DNA of 64,000 nucleotides from an uncultured Treponema sp. (GCF_946187725.1 NZ_CAMHSK010000002.1:58848-122847); one strand, 5' to 3'; numbered from the stretch's first letter, positions 1 through 10,500 are shown. Notes: a model not told the origin generated them from the letters alone. Program-made: numbers and translations.

Positions 1-1
1 T

Positions 2-121
2 TTAATGTACGAAGCTCCTAGCATCAAGGGTAAAAAGCACCTCACTGTTACCAAGGACATCGTTCTAGGCAAAGTAAAGCCAAACCTTGACCAGCTTCTT
101 ATTGAACAGCAGACTGCTTAG
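2..121 (+). CDS. clpX: ClpX ATPase, C-terminal fragment (5' end outside window)
   Basis: The frame ending at TAG 119-121 translates to LMYEAPSIKGKKHLTVTKDIVLGKVKPNLDQLLIEQQTA. This resembles the ClpX C-terminus (E. coli ...[22 protein letters not shown]...). Only 39 codons are visible. Confidence 0.55.
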   Translation, partial: LMYEAPSIKGKKHLTVTKDIVLGKVKPNLDQLLIEQQTA

Positions 122-166
122 AAACGGAAAGTTTAAAACGGAGAACAGAAAGCCGGCTCCGAAAAC

Positions 167-240
167 AAAATGCCTGATTCAAAAGGATATGCGAGATAAA
201 ATCAAGCACCTCAATCCTAATGAATCAGGCATTTTTTTTA
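167..240. terminator. Long hairpin with T-run between the convergent clpX and aminopeptidase genes
   Basis: AAAATGCCTGATTCA (167-181) pairs with TGAATCAGGCATTTT (221-235) around a 39-nt loop and is followed by a T8 run. The A-tract on the other side suggests bidirectional function. Confidence 0.55.
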
Positions 241-248
241 ATCCGGAA

Positions 249-294
249 ACTTTCAGCTTTCCACTTTCAGCTTTCCACTTTCAGCTTTCCACTT
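249..294. repeat. Perfect 14-bp tandem repeat, 3 copies plus a 4-bp partial copy
   Basis: ACTTTCAGCTTTCC occurs at 249-262, 263-276 and 277-290, then ACTT. It has an internal 7-bp sub-period (CTTTCAG/CTTTCCA). The last partial copy overlaps the stop codon of the minus-strand aminopeptidase. Confidence 0.9.
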
Positions 295-1642
295 ACTCCA
301 GCGTCAGGAATGCCTTGTAGGCTTCATAAGCCTGTTCGATATCTTCTCTTGCAGTGATTTCCCAAGGGGCGTGCATTGCAAGAACTGAAACGCCAGCATC
401 AAGGACATTCATTCCGTATTTTGCGGCAAGATAAGCAATAGTGCCGCCACCGCCCTGATCAACCTTTCCAAGTTCTGCCATCTGATATTTTACATTCGCC
501 TTGTCGAGCAAGCCGCGCAGTCGGGCGATGAATTCAGGATTTGCATCACTTGCACCACTCTTTCCACGGCTGCCAGTGTACTTATTGAATACGATTCCGC
601 CGTTAAGGAAGCTTGCATTATCCTTATCAAAAAGGTCTGAATTCATCGGGTCAAAAGCGGCGTTTACATCGCTTGAAAGCATATTGCAGTTTGCAAGGCA
701 GCGTCGAAGAGTTAAATCAGAATAAGCGCCGTCCATGCGGGCAATTACTTCGGCAACAGCGTTCTCAAAGAAGCGGCTTTCCATGCCGGTAGCACCAACA
801 GAGCCGATTTCTTCTTTATCGACACAGATACAGCAATTTGTGCGCTTTGAGGCATTGCTTTCAATCAAAGCGCGTGCTGAAGTGTATGCACAGCTTCTGT
901 CATCCTGACCATACGCAAGAATCAGTGAGCGATCAAAGCCCAAATCCCTTGCATTCCCAGCAGGAACAACTTCAAGCTCTGCAGAACCGAAATCTTCTTC
1001 TTCGATTTCATATTTTTCTTTTAAGATTGCAAGGATTGCTTTTTTTGCAGAAGGCTTTTCTTTTTTTTCGCCAGACTTTTCATCGTCTTTTGATGGGATT
1101 CCGCTTCCTAAAATCAAATCGAGGCTTTCACCGGTGATAAAATCGCTCGCAATTTCCTTCATTTGTTTTTGAGCGAGATGAGGCAAAATGTCAGAAATGC
1201 AGAATACAGGATCACCTGAATCCTCGCCCACACGAATATTCACAGTTGTGCCGTCTTTTTTGCAGACAACGCCATGAATAGCAAGCGGAAGAGTTACCCA
1301 CTGGTATTTTTTTATTCCTCCATAATAGTGGGTGTTTAAATAAACAAGGAAATCCTTTTCATAGAGAGGATTCTGCTTGACATCAAGGCGCGGAGAATCA
1401 ATATGGGCACCAAGAATATTCATGCCCTTTTCAATTGGTTCATTTCCAAGCACAAAAAATGCGATAGCTTTGTTCATTTTCTGAATGTAAACTTTGTCGC
1501 CGGCTTTTAAGCTGTCACAGGTCAGTGCGTTCTTAAATCCCGCAGTTTCTGCCCATGCGATAAGCTGGCTGACACATTCACGCTCAGTCTTCCCGTTGTC
1601 CAGGAATTTTTTGTAATCATTAATAAGAGATTCGTTTTTCAT
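293..1642 (-). CDS. M18-family aminopeptidase (aminopeptidase 1 type)
   Basis: 449-aa ORF. Motifs GAHIDSPRLDVKQNPLYE, YYGGIKKYQW and LAMHAPWE are typical of M18 zinc aminopeptidases. Confidence 0.8.
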   Translation of the reverse strand: MKNESLINDYKKFLDNGKTERECVSQLIAWAETAGFKNALTCDSLKAGDKVYIQKMNKAIAFFVLGNEPIEKGMNILGAHIDSPRLDVKQNPLYEKDFLVYLNTHYYGGIKKYQWVTLPLAIHGVVCKKDGTTVNIRVGEDSGDPVFCISDILPHLAQKQMKEIASDFITGESLDLILGSGIPSKDDEKSGEKKEKPSAKKAILAILKEKYEIEEEDFGSAELEVVPAGNARDLGFDRSLILAYGQDDRSCAYTSARALIESNASKRTNCCICVDKEEIGSVGATGMESRFFENAVAEVIARMDGAYSDLTLRRCLANCNMLSSDVNAAFDPMNSDLFDKDNASFLNGGIVFNKYTGSRGKSGASDANPEFIARLRGLLDKANVKYQMAELGKVDQGGGGTIAYLAAKYGMNVLDAGVSVLAMHAPWEITAREDIEQAYEAYKAFLTLE

Positions 1643-1713
1643 GGAAAAGATTTTATATCATAAGCATGACATCATCAAGACGAGAAAATTCCTCAAGATT
1701 TTTGGCATTTTCC

Positions 1714-1742
1714 TTGACTTTGCATGCTTTCATCTGTATATT
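1714..1742 (+). promoter_or_regulatory. sigma70-type promoter for ssrA
   Basis: TTGACT (1714-1719), 17-nt spacer, TATATT (1737-1742). It lies about 18 nt upstream of the mature tmRNA 5' end. Confidence 0.5.
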
Positions 1743-1759
1743 TACATTGAAAAAATAAA

Positions 1760-2139
1760 GGGGGTGCACCGGTTTCGACGATTGTGATCAAGGCACTTAC
1801 TGCATGTGGGAGTCAAGGTTCCCTAAACTGAGAAAACAATAACTGCAATTTTCGAAAGAAAAGAAGAAGAAGTTGAAGAAACTTCTTTCGCAGAAGCTCT
1901 CGCTGCTTAATTGCGCTTGAGCCGGAACTCGCGGTGTGCTGTTCCTAACATCACGACTTCCGTCACAAACAGGGACTTGCTGTGCGTAATTTTTGGGGTG
2001 CGCATGGGACTTTTACTCAAAATACGGAGGAGACGCTTGTTATGCTGCTACCTGCTCCCGACAAACACCTCGCATAACTAAACATGTAGATGTATTTGGC
2101 TTCCACTTTCGGACGGGGGTTCAATTCCCCCCATCTCCA
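1760..2139 (+). ncRNA. ssrA: tmRNA (SsrA), about 380 nt
   Basis: The 5' end GGGGGTGCACCGGTTTCGACG and 3' end GGACGGGGGTTCAATTCCCCCCATCTCCA form a tRNA-Ala-like acceptor with G3:U and a T-arm. An internal tag frame ends ...GCA GAA GCT CTC GCT GCT TAA (AEALAA*, stop 1908-1910). CCA is not encoded. Confidence 0.9.
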
Positions 2140-2148
2140 ACCCTTTTT

Positions 2149-3033
2149 ATGTTAAGCTACATTCACGCCTATCATGCCGGAAATCACGCAGACATCCTAA
2201 AGCATCTCACGCTATCACTGATTCTTGAGCATCTTTGCCAGAAAGAAAAGCCCTTCACTGTTATTGACACACATGCAGGGAGCGGGATTTACCGCCTTGA
2301 CGATGAGCGCGCACAAAAAACAGGGGAAGCATCCAGCGGCATCGAAAAAATCATGAATCAGGATTTGAGTTCTGCACTGCCCTCTCTGGCGAATTTTCTA
2401 AGCATCATCAAAGATTATTACTCGCACGGAGAATATCCTGGCTCACCGCTGATTGAAAATGCTTTTTTACGACAAGGCGATGAGCAGATTCTTTCTGAAC
2501 TGCATCCAAGGGCTTTCGAAGAGCTGAAAGAATGTGTTTATAATAGAAGAAAAATGTGCGAAGAAAGCGGAAAAATCTTTTTTGAGCCGAAATTGCACAA
2601 AAGAGACGGCTACGAACTGCTTTCTGCAATCACTCCGCCAAAAATCAAGCGCGGACTGGCAGTGATTGACCCTAGTTTTGAGGATGCAAGTGACTTTGAA
2701 AAGTGCGGTGAAGTAATCGCCAGGGTGCATAAAAAATGGAACGCGGGAATAATCGCATTGTGGTACCCGCTTGTCGCCCACCGAAGCATGGAAATCTCCA
2801 TGATGAAAGAAAAAATTGCCGCAAGCGTAGATTCAACCGAAGCAAAGATTCTTGACATACAGATGGAAATCAAGCGCAAAGAGGACATGACGGGGCTTGC
2901 TTCATTGTATGGCAGCGGAATGTTCATCGTAAATTTCCCATTCAAACTGGACGAGAAAATGCAGGAAATTCTTCCTGAACTGAGCAAAATCCTTGGCGAG
3001 ACGGCAAATAGCTGGACGGTAGAAAAGCGCTAG
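2149..3033 (+). CDS. rlmJ: 23S rRNA (adenine2030-N6)-methyltransferase RlmJ
   Basis: The internal Met of ORF 1993..3033 gives MLSYIHAYHAGNHADILKH, the canonical RlmJ N-terminus. The upstream part of the ORF overlaps the tmRNA and is discarded. Confidence 0.85.
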   Translation: MLSYIHAYHAGNHADILKHLTLSLILEHLCQKEKPFTVIDTHAGSGIYRLDDERAQKTGEASSGIEKIMNQDLSSALPSLANFLSIIKDYYSHGEYPGSPLIENAFLRQGDEQILSELHPRAFEELKECVYNRRKMCEESGKIFFEPKLHKRDGYELLSAITPPKIKRGLAVIDPSFEDASDFEKCGEVIARVHKKWNAGIIALWYPLVAHRSMEISMMKEKIAASVDSTEAKILDIQMEIKRKEDMTGLASLYGSGMFIVNFPFKLDEKMQEILPELSKILGETANSWTVEKR

Positions 3034-3096
3034 GGATAGTAGCGCACGCCGAATATAACACAGCAATCTGTCCCCTGTGCATGTACTCTTTTGATA

Positions 3097-3126
3097 TTGA
3101 CTAAGACGGTAAATTGCATATATGAT
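3097..3126 (+). promoter_or_regulatory. sigma70-type promoter for the queF leader
   Basis: TTGACT (3097-3102), 18-nt spacer, TATGAT (3121-3126). The predicted start falls at the 5' edge of the riboswitch hairpin. Confidence 0.4.
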
Positions 3127-3130
3127 GTTT

Positions 3131-3176
3131 CCCCTGTCAGTTCGTAACCATCCTGACATAAAACAAAACTAGGGGG
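3131..3176 (+). promoter_or_regulatory. preQ1 class I riboswitch
   Basis: P1 hairpin CTGTCAG/CTGACA with loop TTCGTAACCATC, followed by the tail TAAAACAAAACTAGGGGG. Compare the Thermoanaerobacter aptamer CUGGGUCGCAGUAACCCCAGUUAACAAAACAAGG. The tail runs into the SD (AGGGGGA) of queF, 8 nt before the ATG. Confidence 0.7.
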
Positions 3177-3184
3177 ACATCTCT

Positions 3185-3661
3185 ATGCGTTCAGAATCTG
3201 AACTTTCTGGCGTAACACTTTTGGGTGCAAACGGCACAAAATATGTTACGACCTACGCGCCGGAAATTCTCGAAAAATTTCCGAACAAGCATCCGGGCAA
3301 TGACTATATGGTCACATTCAACTGCCCTGAATTCACTTCACTTTGTCCAAAAACCGGACAGCCGGACTTCGGCGAAATCAGAATCAACTACATTCCTGAT
3401 GGTTTTCTCGTCGAATCAAAATCATTGAAACTCTACCTTTTTTCATTCAGAAACAACGGCGATTTCCATGAAGACTGCGTGAACATCATTATGAAAGACC
3501 TCGTAAAGCTTCTCGAACCAAAGTACATCGAAGTTGAAGGAATTTTCACACCTCGCGGCGGAATTGCAATTTATCCGTTTGCAAATTACGGAAAACCAGA
3601 CACAGACTACGAGGCAATCGCGAAATCACGGCTTTTTTCAGCCATCGACAGACGAAAATAA
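3185..3661 (+). CDS. queF: NADPH-dependent 7-cyano-7-deazaguanine (preQ0) reductase, type I
   Basis: 158 aa. Catalytic Cys context [13 protein letters not shown] and QueF motif [14 protein letters not shown]. Confidence 0.9.
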   Translation: MRSESELSGVTLLGANGTKYVTTYAPEILEKFPNKHPGNDYMVTFNCPEFTSLCPKTGQPDFGEIRINYIPDGFLVESKSLKLYLFSFRNNGDFHEDCVNIIMKDLVKLLEPKYIEVEGIFTPRGGIAIYPFANYGKPDTDYEAIAKSRLFSAIDRRK

Positions 3662-3700
3662 AGACGCGTCTCTTTTTCACTTTATAGGAGAATAATTATT

Positions 3701-4411
3701 ATGAATGAAATTTTAATGCTGGCATCGGTACCTGTTTTTTTTGGCGGACTGGTACTTTTTTTCAGACTTTTTGGTAAGCACGGAATCTTCGCATGGACAG
3801 TAATCTGTACAATCACTGCAAACATCGAAGTTTTGATTCTCGTTCACGCTTTCGGCATGGACACCACGCTCGGTAATGTGCTCTTTGCGTCATCTTTTCT
3901 TGCGACAGACATCATGAGCGAACTTTACGGCAAAAAAGAAGCAAACAAGTGCGTCAAACTCGGAATTGCGGCAAACATCACTTTCATCTTGATTTCACAG
4001 AGCTGGTTCCTTTACATTCCGGCAGAAGCTGACACTATGGCAACTCCAATCAAAACCGTATTCGCAAACACACCGAGAGTCATGCTTGCAAGCCTTTTTG
4101 CATATGTAGTGTGCGAATTGTACGATGTCTGGGCATATCATCATGTATGGGCATGGACAGAAAAGAAATTCGGTGACAGAAAACGCTTTTTGTGGCTCAG
4201 AAACAACGGTTCTACGCTCGTAAGTCAGCTTATCAATGTCGTCGTGTTCAACCTGCTCGCTTTTGCTGGTGTTTTCCCGGCAGACATCATTATTCAGATT
4301 TTAATTTTCGGATACGCAATCTTCATTGTAACTTCTATTCTGGATACGCCATTTTTGTATCTTGCACGAAGAATCGCCGAAAAACATCCTGAACTGCTCA
4401 GCAATGACTAG
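3701..4411 (+). CDS. yhhQ: Queuosine-precursor transporter (YhhQ/DUF165, VUT family)
   Basis: 236-aa polytopic membrane protein with a FLATDIMSELYGKKEA motif. It lies directly downstream of queF under the preQ1 riboswitch. Confidence 0.75.
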   Translation: MNEILMLASVPVFFGGLVLFFRLFGKHGIFAWTVICTITANIEVLILVHAFGMDTTLGNVLFASSFLATDIMSELYGKKEANKCVKLGIAANITFILISQSWFLYIPAEADTMATPIKTVFANTPRVMLASLFAYVVCELYDVWAYHHVWAWTEKKFGDRKRFLWLRNNGSTLVSQLINVVVFNLLAFAGVFPADIIIQILIFGYAIFIVTSILDTPFLYLARRIAEKHPELLSND

Positions 4412-4439
4412 AGTCAATTCTTCATTTTTAGACAGCTGA

Positions 4440-4468
4440 TTGAAAATCGACATTTGACACATTATAAT
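4440..4468 (+). promoter_or_regulatory. sigma70-type promoter for the alpha-2-macroglobulin gene
   Basis: TTGAAA (4440-4445), 17-nt spacer, TATAAT (4463-4468). Confidence 0.5.
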
Positions 4469-4470
4469 AA

Positions 4471-4502
4471 GCCCTATCAAAGTTTTGAGAGGGCTTTTTT
4501 TT
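4471..4502 (+). terminator. Rho-independent terminator after yhhQ
   Basis: GCCCTATC (4471-4478) pairs with GAGAGGGC (4487-4494) with one mismatch, followed by T8 (4495-4502) that abuts ATG 4503. Confidence 0.7.
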
Positions 4503-7500
4503 ATGAAAAAAATTCTTGCAGTTTTGCTCTCAGCTGGATTTTTGACAGTTGTTTCATGCAAAAACGAAAAATCATCACTTCAATTTCAAAGCGACATTCC
4601 AAATTCCGCACCAGGACTAACAATTCTTGATACAGGCGAACGAGTTTTTGACGCGGGCAATTTCTTTACACCTGATTACACGCCTTACGAGCCTGAAAGC
4701 GAAAGTGTCGCCGGTAAAGTCCGTCTTTCTTCACCCAAAGCAAAGGGCGCAAAAGCAGAAAGCATTGAACCGGGCTTACGAAATCTTTCAGAATACAAAA
4801 CCTCTTACAGCACAAAAAAATCTGATTTCAAATATCCTGAAATCACAAGAATGAGCGGAGATGAAAACGAATCAAAAAAATCTTCCAAAAAAGACGAGCC
4901 GTTTACAATCGTTGATTTTGGGCCGCGGGGAGCAATTCCTGCAGAAGTGCGTTTTCCGTCATTTTATGTGCTTTTTTCAGAACCAGTCGTTGCATTGAGT
5001 TCATTAGGCGAAGTAATCACGAAAAGCGAGATAATGACGATTGAACCCGAAATCAAAGGCGTTTTCAGATGGAACGGAACAAGTCTCCTTTCTTTTGACA
5101 CGACAGAAGCCGTAAATCCGATGCAGGTCTACACAATCCGAATCAATGATAATGTTAAATCTCTAAGCGGAAAATCACTTACAGGCGAAAAATCTTTTTC
5201 AACCGAAGCCGCACCTCTCAAAATCATCTGGTCAGCCCCTGGTTATTCAAAAGACAAATGGGTCGATAAAAATGATGTTCCTCCGCAGTATTCAAAGGAA
5301 TTGCGAGTTCAATTCAATTATCCCGTAAATGCCGATGAAATCAGCAAAATCTCAAAAATCACCGCAGGCAGTAAAGAGCTCAGTTTTTCCGTCAAACAGG
5401 AAATGATTGATACAGTCACTTACTTTTTGGATGAAGAGCCTCCTTTTAACACTCATGTCCTTCTTTCTGTCACACAGACACTTTCAGGAAAAACGAATAA
5501 GACGACAGCCGGTTTCAACACACTCGCTCCATTCACTTATGAATATGAATACAAGATGCATTCATACGGAAAATACACAAATCCTGTCCAGCTCTATTTT
5601 TCTCATCCGGTCGAAAAAAGTTCAGTGCTTCAGTCGATTTCTGCAAAATCAGAAAAAGGCGAAAATCTTGCATTCACAGATGAAAATTTTGAGTTTTCAG
5701 GATGTACCGTAAAAATCTTTGGTCTGCCAGTCACCTTCCACTCAAAATATGCACTTGAAATCAACTCAAATCTTAAAGATATATATGGAAGAAACATTGA
5801 ATTTTCAGGCGATAAACTCAGCATTGAAATAGAAGTTCCGGGAGCTGAAAGCAGCGCGAATTTCACTGATTCAGGCGTAAGGATGCTCGAAAGCACATTC
5901 CCGCATAAAATGATTTTTGAGTATCAGAATATTGTCAATGGCGCATACCTTCTCAAAACCACTGAAAATCCATACGAAGTCCTTGATTCAACAAAAGCAT
6001 CGGAACTGGTCTATTCTCCAGAAAACGAAGGAAGCCGCACAGAGCTTTCAGTTGAGCCGCGGGATGAGAGGATTTTTGAAATCGTAAATCTTGAGGATAA
6101 GCTTTTAGGCGAAAAGGGCTGGGTAGATTTTTACTCAGCGATAAAACTTCCTAGAAAACCGACAAACTGGGATTCATCAACCTACTACTGGAACACGAAC
6201 AAAACGAGCATTCAGGTCACGAACCTTGGTGTCACCGTGCGATATTCATACAACAAGATTGCCGCGATGGTCACGAATCTTTCAGACGGAAAGGCTGTCG
6301 AAGGTGCAAAAGTATATGCCTATGAACCAAGCGCAAATCTTTCTATAATCAAGGAAAATGCACCATGGGCAGTAACAGACAAAAACGGTCTGGCAGTCAT
6401 TAATCTAACCGAAAAGAATGTAAAATCCGTAATTTCAGGTGATTATTGGGATGCACCGTATATTTTTGTAGAAAAAGATGACGACAAAGTGATTTTTGAG
6501 CCGGAAAATCATTCGCCATGGAGAAGCGGAATCTATTCTTATTCAAAAGTACCGAATGAAATCAAAGCCGAAGCAAGGATTTTCATGTTCAGCGACCGTG
6601 GCCTTTATAAGCCGGGCGAAACAGTTTCTTTCAGGGGAATCGACCGCGACCAGATTTTGGGCACCTTCCTTCCGTATGAAGGTGATTTTACTGTCACCCT
6701 CAAAGAAGACACTTGGCGCGATGCAAAAGAATTCGGAAAAATCGAAGGAAAAACAACCGAATCTGGCGGTTTCTACGGCTCATTTGAAATCCCGGAAGAC
6801 ATTGAACCAGGATTCTATAAAATTGAATACAAACGCGAGCCTGAAGGAAAGACTCAGTTGCTTTCAATCAATGTCGCATACTTTGAACGGCTGAAATTCC
6901 AGACTGAAGTTTCTATGCCAAAAACGCCTGTAATCGCCGGTGAAAAGGTTCAGGCAAAACTTGGTGCAAGCTATCTCGCAGGTGGCGCACTTGCAAGCGC
7001 AAAATATGAAACAAACTGGTTCAGGGAGCCATGGTATTTTACTAGTGACGAACCTGAATTCAATCAGTACAAATTCGGTCCAAGCGACAAATACGAAAGC
7101 AGAAACCACATCAGGGAAGATTCAGGAGCATTGGACGCGAACGGAAGTGCTTCAATCTCATGCGAAACCAGCGGCAACAGCATAAAGGGTGCGGCCTACA
7201 GATACAGGCTCAGCGCTGATATTACAGATGTCTCAAATCAGCAGGTAACGGCAGTCGGAACAGTTCTCGTTCATCCGGCATCATTCTACCTTGGACTTTC
7301 AAAGCCAGAAATGCAGAGTTCATTCGCCCGCAAAGGTGAAAAGCTCACCTTCACTTACAAACTTGCGCTTCCTGACGGTAAGGCCATTGCAAATTCAGTA
7401 ACGGCACAGGCTTTGAGCGGAAATGCAAAAAAATTGAATGTAAAACTTACGCGCGAGGAATGGAATCTTGTTCAGCAGCAGGGCATCGATGACATTTACA

Positions 7501-10500
7501 GCCGCTATGAAAAAACCGATGTTACCGAAAGCGAAGAAAGCATAAATCTTTCAGAGAGCGGCAAAATCACAGTAACACCGAAAGAGCCGGGCTATCACAA
7601 GATTCAGGTTGCGACAACGGACAAACAGGGACGCGATGTAATCACAGAATATGAATTCTTTGTAACTGGAAGCGGTAAAGTCTCATGGTATCAGGATGAT
7701 GCAACCGCCCTAAAACTCACGCCTGACAAAAATCAGTATAATCCTGGCGAAACAGCGCATATTCTGCTTGAAAGTTCTCTTCCAGAAGGAAATTATCTGA
7801 TTACGGTTGAACGCGAAGGAATTTTCACTGAAGAAGTGCGTCATTTGGATGGTTCGGTTCATGTAATCGATATTCCTGTGGCACGAAACTATGTTCCGGT
7901 CTTCTATGTCTCAATTTCTTCTTATTCAGTACGACAGGGCGAACCTGTTCATGAATACGGAAAAGCCGATTTGGACAAGCCGAAGGGATATTATGGAGCC
8001 GCAGTGCTTTTCGTAAATCCAAGAGTCAAATCCTTCTCTGTCAAAGTTGAAAACGCAAAAATGTCTTACAGGCCGGGCGAAGAAGCCGAAATTACGCTTT
8101 ATGCAACAAAAGGCGGAAAGCCACTTGCAAATGCAGAACTTACTTTGCTTGCGGTTGACCGTGGAGTTCTGGACTTGATTGACTATCATGTTCCTGATCC
8201 GATTTCTTTCTTCTATAATGCAGGCAACTTCCCGCTTCATGTTAAAGGCGGCGATTCACGCGATTATTTGATGGATCCTGTAACTTACGAAGTAAAAAAT
8301 CTCAAGGGCGGCGACAGTTCTGATGATGAAAAAATGGAAGAACGAAGTGACTTTAATCCGACGGCAATTTTCGAGCCGATGCTCAAAACTGATGAAAACG
8401 GAAAAGTATCTGTGAAATTCAATCTTCCGGACACGCTCACAACTTATCGAATCACCGTTTTTGGTGTGAACGGCGAACTTCTTGCACTTCAGGAAGATGA
8501 AATTGCAGTACAGAATCCAATCAATGTTCAGCAGGTTCTCCCACGGCAGCTGCGCGAACGGGATACAAGTGAAGTTGGCGTGCTTCTCACAAATCTTGAC
8601 GAAAAGGCACATGAAGTATCGGTTTCCCTCTCTCTACGCGAAAACGCAAAGAAAGAAGATGAATCAGGTCTGACGCTCAAAGACGGAAAGGCCTTTGTAG
8701 ACGGAACTTCAGAGCATAAAATCACTGTTCCAGGCGGTGCAAACACTGTCGTGTACTTTGATTTGGCGGCAGTTAAGGCAGGGCTTGTAACTCTCGAATT
8801 CACGGTCAAAAGTGAAGTTTTGAATGAAAGACTTGTATGTCCGCTCAAAATCGAAAAACCTTATGTTTTTGAAACTGTCACGACGACCGGCCAGCTTGAG
8901 GAAAAAGAAGCTTCTGTCACAGAAAGAGTCGTAATTCCTTCATTGACAGAAAATGCTGACGACAGAACGGACGGCACCCTTGCAGTGACGCTTGACGCAA
9001 CCAGACTTGGACTTTTGGGCGATGCTGTAAAATATCTCTTTGAATATCCATTCGGATGCCTTGAGCAGCAGAGTTCACGCATCCTTCCGCTCGTCATTTT
9101 TGAGGATTACATTGATGTATTCAATCTCGAAAATGAAGTCACCAATATCAGAAAATGCGTAAAATCATACTTCAAGGATTGGAAAAACTGTCAGCACAGT
9201 GACGGCGGCTTTGGTTACTGGCCAACTTCGTCAAAGTCAAATCTTTTTGTCTCATCAAAAATCGCACACATTTACGCGCTTGCACTACAGAGAGGCTATA
9301 AAGAAAAAGATTTGGCAATAGACATTGACAAATTGTGCAATTACATTTACGCAGAGGCAAATTCCCTCAAAAAGCAGGCTGAGCTTCACATTCAGAGTGA
9401 TTCAGAATATGAAAGAGTTGCGCTTTTCTACAATGATTATTGCCGTGCCTACAACTACTATGTGCTCGCTCTGAACGGCAAACTTGTTTTCGATGAGCAA
9501 CTTGCTTCTATCATCCGCAGGGAAGGTCAGGACATTGCGGCCATTGCACTTTCGGGACTCGCTTCTATCGCAAAAGATGGTGCAAAATCAACTCTCGCAA
9601 AAGAGGCGGCTTCAAAAATCAGGACCTACATGAGACCTCAGACCCGAGGCGTAGACATTACAAATCCGAATGCTCCGAAATGGGCATTTGCTTACAATGG
9701 CGATGAGGCAGAAAATCTTGCCCTTACACTTCAGCTTTTCACTTTGCTTGATAAAGATGATCAGATGAATACAAAACTCATTTATTCTCTTCTTGGAAAT
9801 CAGAGAGCTGGCTATTGGAAAAATACAGCAAATACTGCCCGCGTTTTGGAATCAATCTACACCCTTATAAAAACAAACAATCTGGATAAAACGAATCTCA
9901 ATGCAACGGCCCTGTTCAATAAGGATGAACTTGCAAAATGCGATTTTAAGGGAGCGGCATCAAAACCTGTAACAGTCACTTTGCCATTCGATTCTGACAA
10001 ATTAAAAGCGCTTCCAAGAAATACGGAACTTCCTCTTGAAATCAGCAAAAAAGGACGGGGGTCACTCTACTACACCACCACGATGCGTTACACCATTCCA
10101 AACGAGCTTCAGAACGCACGCGATGAAGGCCTTGGCTTAGTCATGCAGCTGTACGACAATACGACCGGTGAAGAAATCAAAATGAAGCAGGACAATTCAC
10201 TGATTGAACTTGAAAGCGGAAAAACCTACAAAGTGAAAATCACGCTTTCTTCAAGCTATGACAGGGATTTTGTTGCGTTGCGCGCGCCTGTTCCAAGCGG
10301 AGCAGAAATTCTTGATGCTACCTTCATTACAAGCCCTGACGATGCCGAAACTTCAAGCGGAAGCGACGAATATTCAGAAGACTATGATGATTACGAGGGC
10401 TATTTCTATGGCGGCGATCATTACATGTCAAATCAGGCAATTTACAATTCAGAGATTCAATTCTTCTGGGATTCATTTGGCAAAGGCAAAACCACCGCAG

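Noticed and set aside
87-320. 77-aa plus-strand ORF, including an internal AAAGGAtATG start
   Set aside because: It spans the terminator hairpin and the 14-bp repeats and overlaps the aminopeptidase 3' end. The SD spacing is too short and the peptide is repeat-derived.
1993-2148. 5' extension of ORF 1993..3033 (MGCAWDFYSKYGG...)
   Set aside because: It lies entirely inside the tmRNA gene. The canonical RlmJ N-terminus begins at the internal Met at 2149.
4485-4502. TTG start giving MRGLFF before the A2M signal peptide
   Set aside because: These codons are the terminator right arm and T-run. The ATG at 4503 gives a proper lipoprotein signal with an SD 9 nt upstream.
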